32,000 bases of DNA. Source: Synechococcus elongatus PCC 6301. Its GTDB lineage: Bacteria > Cyanobacteriota > Cyanobacteriia > Synechococcales > Synechococcaceae. Location of the stretch: the NCBI RefSeq assembly GCF_000010065.1, contig NC_006576.1, forward strand, positions 750,001-782,000, read 5' to 3'. Every line of letters starts with the position of its first letter. Positions within the stretch are counted from its first letter, which is position 1. The notes beneath the pieces are model-generated. The model had not been told where the DNA came from and did no database searches. It saw only the letters and a program-made list of their open reading frames with translations. Shown here one piece after another: positions 28,635 to 32,000 of this stretch. The position numbers were made by a program, and so were the translations under genes.

Positions 28635-29747
28635 ATGACAGCGCCGACCATTGAACAACTGGTGCGTAAGGCCTGCCAAGTGCAAGCATCTGATATTCAC
28701 CTGCGAGTGGGGCACCCACCCTACTTTCGCTTGCGGGAACAGATGTATCCGCTCCCCAATGCACCAGCTGCGACCGACAGCGATATGGCGAGCTGGCTTA
28801 ATGAAATCCTGACACCAACGCAACTGAGTCGTCTCAATGAAACCCAAGAGCTAGACGAGGCCCTGTTTTACCCTGACCTGATTCGCTGTCGGGTAATCTG
28901 CTTTCAAACGCTGGATGGCGTCGCCATTACCCTGCGGCTCATTCCTCTGCAGATTCCCAGTCTGATGGATCTGCAACTGCCCACAGTTTTATCCGCCCTG
29001 ATTCAACGCAAACAGGGATTGATTTTGGTGACGGGGCCAACGGGGTCTGGCAAGTCCACGACGCTGGCCGCCATGATCAGTGAAATGAATCAGTCCATGG
29101 CTCGGCACATCATCACGATCGAAGATCCGATCGAATATGTCTTTGAGCCAGTGCGATGCCTGATCACCCAGCGAGAGGTGGGGCGGCATGTCCATGACTT
29201 TTCATCGGCTGTACGGGCAGCGCTGCGAGCCGATCCCGATGTCATCCTCGTGGGAGAAATCCGCGATCAAAAAACCCTCAAAGCAGCGATGCATGCGGCG
29301 CAAACCGGCCACCTAGTGCTCGGGACGCTCCATGCTCGCAATGCGATCGCCACAATCGATCGCCTGATTGGTCTGGACGGCATGGTCCAGAGCGCCGATA
29401 CACGAAAGCAATTTCTCGAACTATTGGTTGCGGTGATTGCCCAACAGCTAATCACGACCTATTCGGGGAGTCGGCGTGCTGTTTTAGAGGTGCTCATCAA
29501 TACACCTGCCATTCAGGACTATCTCACCCGAGGTGAACTAGACGAGGCTTACCGGTTAATGGAGCTCGATACGATTGAGGGGATGCAGACCTTGAATGAG
29601 GCACTGATCACTGAGATTGAGCAAGGGCGACTCAGTATTGAAGAAGCCCTCAAAGCTGCTGTCGACCCCGGAGATCTCGATCGCCGAATGCGGATTGCTG
29701 GAATCAGCCACTCCTTTGGATTCTCCAGTTTCAAATCCAGCGCCTGA
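28635..29747 (+). CDS. PilT/GspE-superfamily ATPase, PilT-like paralog
   Basis: Walker A GPTGSGKSTTLAAMI, Asp box HIITIEDPIEYVF, Walker B DPDVILVGEIRD, His box AAQTGHLVLGTLHA; N-terminal ACQVQASDIHLRVGHPPYFRL. Confidence 0.9.
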   Translation: MTAPTIEQLVRKACQVQASDIHLRVGHPPYFRLREQMYPLPNAPAATDSDMASWLNEILTPTQLSRLNETQELDEALFYPDLIRCRVICFQTLDGVAITLRLIPLQIPSLMDLQLPTVLSALIQRKQGLILVTGPTGSGKSTTLAAMISEMNQSMARHIITIEDPIEYVFEPVRCLITQREVGRHVHDFSSAVRAALRADPDVILVGEIRDQKTLKAAMHAAQTGHLVLGTLHARNAIATIDRLIGLDGMVQSADTRKQFLELLVAVIAQQLITTYSGSRRAVLEVLINTPAIQDYLTRGELDEAYRLMELDTIEGMQTLNEALITEIEQGRLSIEEALKAAVDPGDLDRRMRIAGISHSFGFSSFKSSA

Positions 29748-29785
29748 GCAGCGGTCTGCTGCCTCGCCCACCTGCCAGAGCCGGA

Positions 29786-30604
29786 ATGATGGAAGATACG
29801 TTTACGCCGTTACAGCTCCAGGTTGAAGGGGCGAGCCTGCGGTTCTGTCGCTACGGTGGGCAAGTATTGTCCTGGCAACCCGCCGATGGTCAAGAGCGCC
29901 TATTCCTGAGCGATCGCAGTCTTTACCAGTCCGGTCAGGCGATTCGCGGTGGCGTCCCGATCATCTTTCCCCAGTTCTCGGGGCGCGGGTCATTGCCTAA
30001 GCATGGTTTTGCCCGCGATCGCGCTTGGGCTTTGCTGCAGTGGGATGAGGACAGCGGCCAAGCCGAGTTAGAGCTCCGAGAGTCACTAGAAACCTTACAG
30101 ATTTGGCCGTTTGCTTTTCGGTTGGTGCTCAAGCTGCAACTCCGACCCCAGCAACTGCAGCTGCAACTCACTGTTGAGAACTGCGATCGCCAACCTTGGT
30201 CGTTTACAGCAGCACTGCACAGCTATCTAGCGGTGCCGGATCTGGCCACTGTGCATCTACAAGGACTGCAAGGGCGTTGGGGCACGGAACAAACCACGGG
30301 CGATCGCTGGCAGGAGATGGAGTGCGATCGCCACTTCCCTCAAGCGATCGATGCGCTCTACGAGGCTCCGGCGCAGCCCTTGACCTTGCTGGCTCCTCCT
30401 TGGTCAGCCCTTCAGATCTGTCAGACAGGGTTTACCGAAACAGTGATCTGGAACCCGGGGTCAGCAGGGGTCAGTCAGATTGGCGATCTGGCCTCCGGCT
30501 CAGAACAGCAGTTTCTCTGTGTGGAAGCAGCTGTCGTGCAGTCTCCTCCCCGCCTTGAACCTGGGGAAATTTGGCAGGGGCAACAAGTCTTTCAGGTCGG
30601 TTGA
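29786..30604 (+). CDS. aldose 1-epimerase / D-hexose-6-phosphate mutarotase-like protein
   Basis: YGGQVLSWQPADGQERLFLSDRSLYQSGQAIRGGVPIIFPQFSGRGSLPKHGFARDRAW...HSYLAVPDLATVHLQGLQG matches the HPM/YeaD-like family. Confidence 0.9.
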   Translation: MMEDTFTPLQLQVEGASLRFCRYGGQVLSWQPADGQERLFLSDRSLYQSGQAIRGGVPIIFPQFSGRGSLPKHGFARDRAWALLQWDEDSGQAELELRESLETLQIWPFAFRLVLKLQLRPQQLQLQLTVENCDRQPWSFTAALHSYLAVPDLATVHLQGLQGRWGTEQTTGDRWQEMECDRHFPQAIDALYEAPAQPLTLLAPPWSALQICQTGFTETVIWNPGSAGVSQIGDLASGSEQQFLCVEAAVVQSPPRLEPGEIWQGQQVFQVG

Positions 30605-31057
30605 ATGCCCCTGCGATGGTAGTGCTCACTGTTAACCCTGCGAAGTATTCCTGCAATTGCTTGGCAGTGCCGCGATCGCAATCCTAGGGTGAGGATAGTT
30701 CGGATGACGACCTCCAGGACAGCGTAAAGCTTGAGGACTGGACGGGTGAACATAGTCGGCGGTGGTTTCCTCTGGAGCCATCGCCTTTTATTGTTGTGTT
30801 TCCCAAGCTGGCCCTGCCAACGACGCTCGCTCAACGTCTTGCCAGTGACTCATGACAAGACCAAAGTTGCCCAGAACAGTTTGGTGTACCAACGCAGTGA
30901 TAAAGGGCTGAATGACCAGACCGCTCCTGAGGGAAATGCTATGCCTGGGGGCGGCTAACGCCAATGCATCCCACCGCAAATTGATAGTGCTCAAACCCTT
31001 CCATTCGTTAAAGTAGGATAAAGGCCAACTACTGAACCGATTCCCCTTGCTGCGTCC

Positions 31058-31768
31058 ATGGGTCGAGCCCTGACTGATAGAACGGCTGACCGCATCGATC
31101 TGACGGCGGCCGCCGCTCAGGTTCAGACTGTCCTGCAAGGAATTGAAGCCGATAGTTGCCCGCGCCTTTACAACTTCCATCTCCATACCACCTGTTCTGA
31201 CGGCAAGCTTCAGCCCCGAGAGGTGATGGAACAGGCGATCGCGATTGGGCTACGAGGGCTAGCAATCACAGATCATCACGGCGTGCGAGGCTACGAAGCT
31301 GCCTGTGCTTGGCTGGAGGATTATCAGTGGCGCAGTGGCGGTCGGTCGCCCTTGCCCAAGCTCTGGGTGGGAACCGAGATCAACGCCGATCTACAAGGCA
31401 CCGAAGTGCACATTCTCGCCTATGGTTTTCAGACCAGCCATGTGGCGATGCGGCCCTACCTAGTGGGTCGTCCGCCGCAGGGAGATGCGCACCTGGCACC
31501 CAATGTGATTGCCGCCATTCAGCAAGCAGGAGGGCTAGCCATTTTGGCGCACCCCGCTCGCTATCGGCGATCGCCCCAAGAATTGATTTTGGCGGCCTAT
31601 CGCTACGGCATCGACGGCGTTGAGACCTACTACGCTTACGGCAATCCCAATCCTAGGCAAGCCACCCCAGAACCAACTCAAGCGATCGCCAGCCTAGCCG
31701 CTGAGTTGAACTTGCTGAGTAGCTGTGGCACCGACACCCATGGTCGCAGTTTGCTCAGTCGCCTTTAG
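31058..31768 (+). CDS. PHP-domain metal-dependent phosphoesterase-like protein
   Basis: LYNFHLHTTCSDGKLQPREVMEQAIAIGLRGLAITDHHGVRGYEAA...VGTEINADLQGTEVHILAYG...ILAHPARY...GVETYYAYGN...SCGTDTHG; full PHP motif set. Start codon tentative. Confidence 0.88.
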   Translation: MGRALTDRTADRIDLTAAAAQVQTVLQGIEADSCPRLYNFHLHTTCSDGKLQPREVMEQAIAIGLRGLAITDHHGVRGYEAACAWLEDYQWRSGGRSPLPKLWVGTEINADLQGTEVHILAYGFQTSHVAMRPYLVGRPPQGDAHLAPNVIAAIQQAGGLAILAHPARYRRSPQELILAAYRYGIDGVETYYAYGNPNPRQATPEPTQAIASLAAELNLLSSCGTDTHGRSLLSRL

Positions 31769-31933
31769 CTCGGTTCTCATCTCAACGACACTGCTGCTTA
31801 GCCAAGGGCGATCGCAGCTGTGGGCAATCGTTCCAGAACTGATTGTGAGTGCGGGTCTAACGCTCTAGCAGCTTCCCCGTAGAATTAGGAAACCGTGCCT
31901 TCATATTTAGTAATCGTTGGGGTGTCAATTCAT

Positions 31934-32000
31934 GACCGGTTTTATTCGGGGTCTGTTTCAGAGCAAGCCCAAAGCAGAACAAGCCCCGCAACCCAAGCAG
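31934..32000 (+). CDS. N-terminus of a truncated CDS, function unknown
   Basis: ATG at 31934 opens MTGFIRGLFQSKPKAEQAPQPKQ, continuing to the window edge with no stop. Confidence 0.5.

Noticed and set aside
30788-31186. 132-aa minus-strand ORF overlapping the PHP gene start
   Set aside because: Overlaps the PHP-domain N-terminus on the other strand and has no recognisable domain.
1-32000. Repeated GCGATCGC octamers as possible regulatory sites
   Set aside because: These are HIP1, a genome-wide cyanobacterial palindrome; individual copies do not support site-specific function. Only their uneven density is reported.
1-32000. tRNA, rRNA, CRISPR, prophage, toxin-antitoxin or defence island
   Set aside because: Intergenic regions were scanned by eye for T-loop/cloverleaf, repeat-spacer, integrase and defence motifs and none was convincing; a tRNAscan/Infernal run would be decisive.

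Overview
This 32 kb window looks like a Synechococcus elongatus (PCC 7942/6301-like) chromosome segment. That assignment comes from very dense HIP1 (GCGATCGC) octamers, typical cyanobacterial gene content, and a recognisable pix/tax1-type taxis locus; no database search was run. The centrepiece is a compact six-gene minus-strand operon (17238 down to 6920): PatA-like PixG, CheY-like PixH, CheW-like PixI, a 1406-aa MCP (PixJ) with five tandem cyanobacteriochrome-type GAF domains at an exact 172-aa period, a hybrid CheA (PixL), and a trailing CheW-like protein with a long acidic tail. Other supported genes are an ABC1/AarF kinase (partial), YajQ, a DprA-like Rossmann protein, a DRTGG/CobB-like P-loop protein, an EbsA-like pilus protein, a hydroxylase-SDR fusion, a GH116 glucosidase, dapL, purM, a DUF2811-like small gene, hemJ, uvrA, a divergent PilT paralog, an aldose-1-epimerase-like protein, and a PHP-domain protein. 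Lesser signals are a decayed IS5-type transposase fragment, a cluster of DnaA-box-like motifs beside an AT-rich patch upstream of purM, marked HIP1 depletion across the pix operon, apparent sequence homogenisation between GAF repeats, a degenerate second Hpt-like module in PixL, and two small ORFs below the ORF-track cutoff. I saw no CRISPR, tRNA/rRNA, prophage or obviously undescribed defence system. The pix locus itself resembles a described phototaxis system, so its novelty lies in details rather than in the system.
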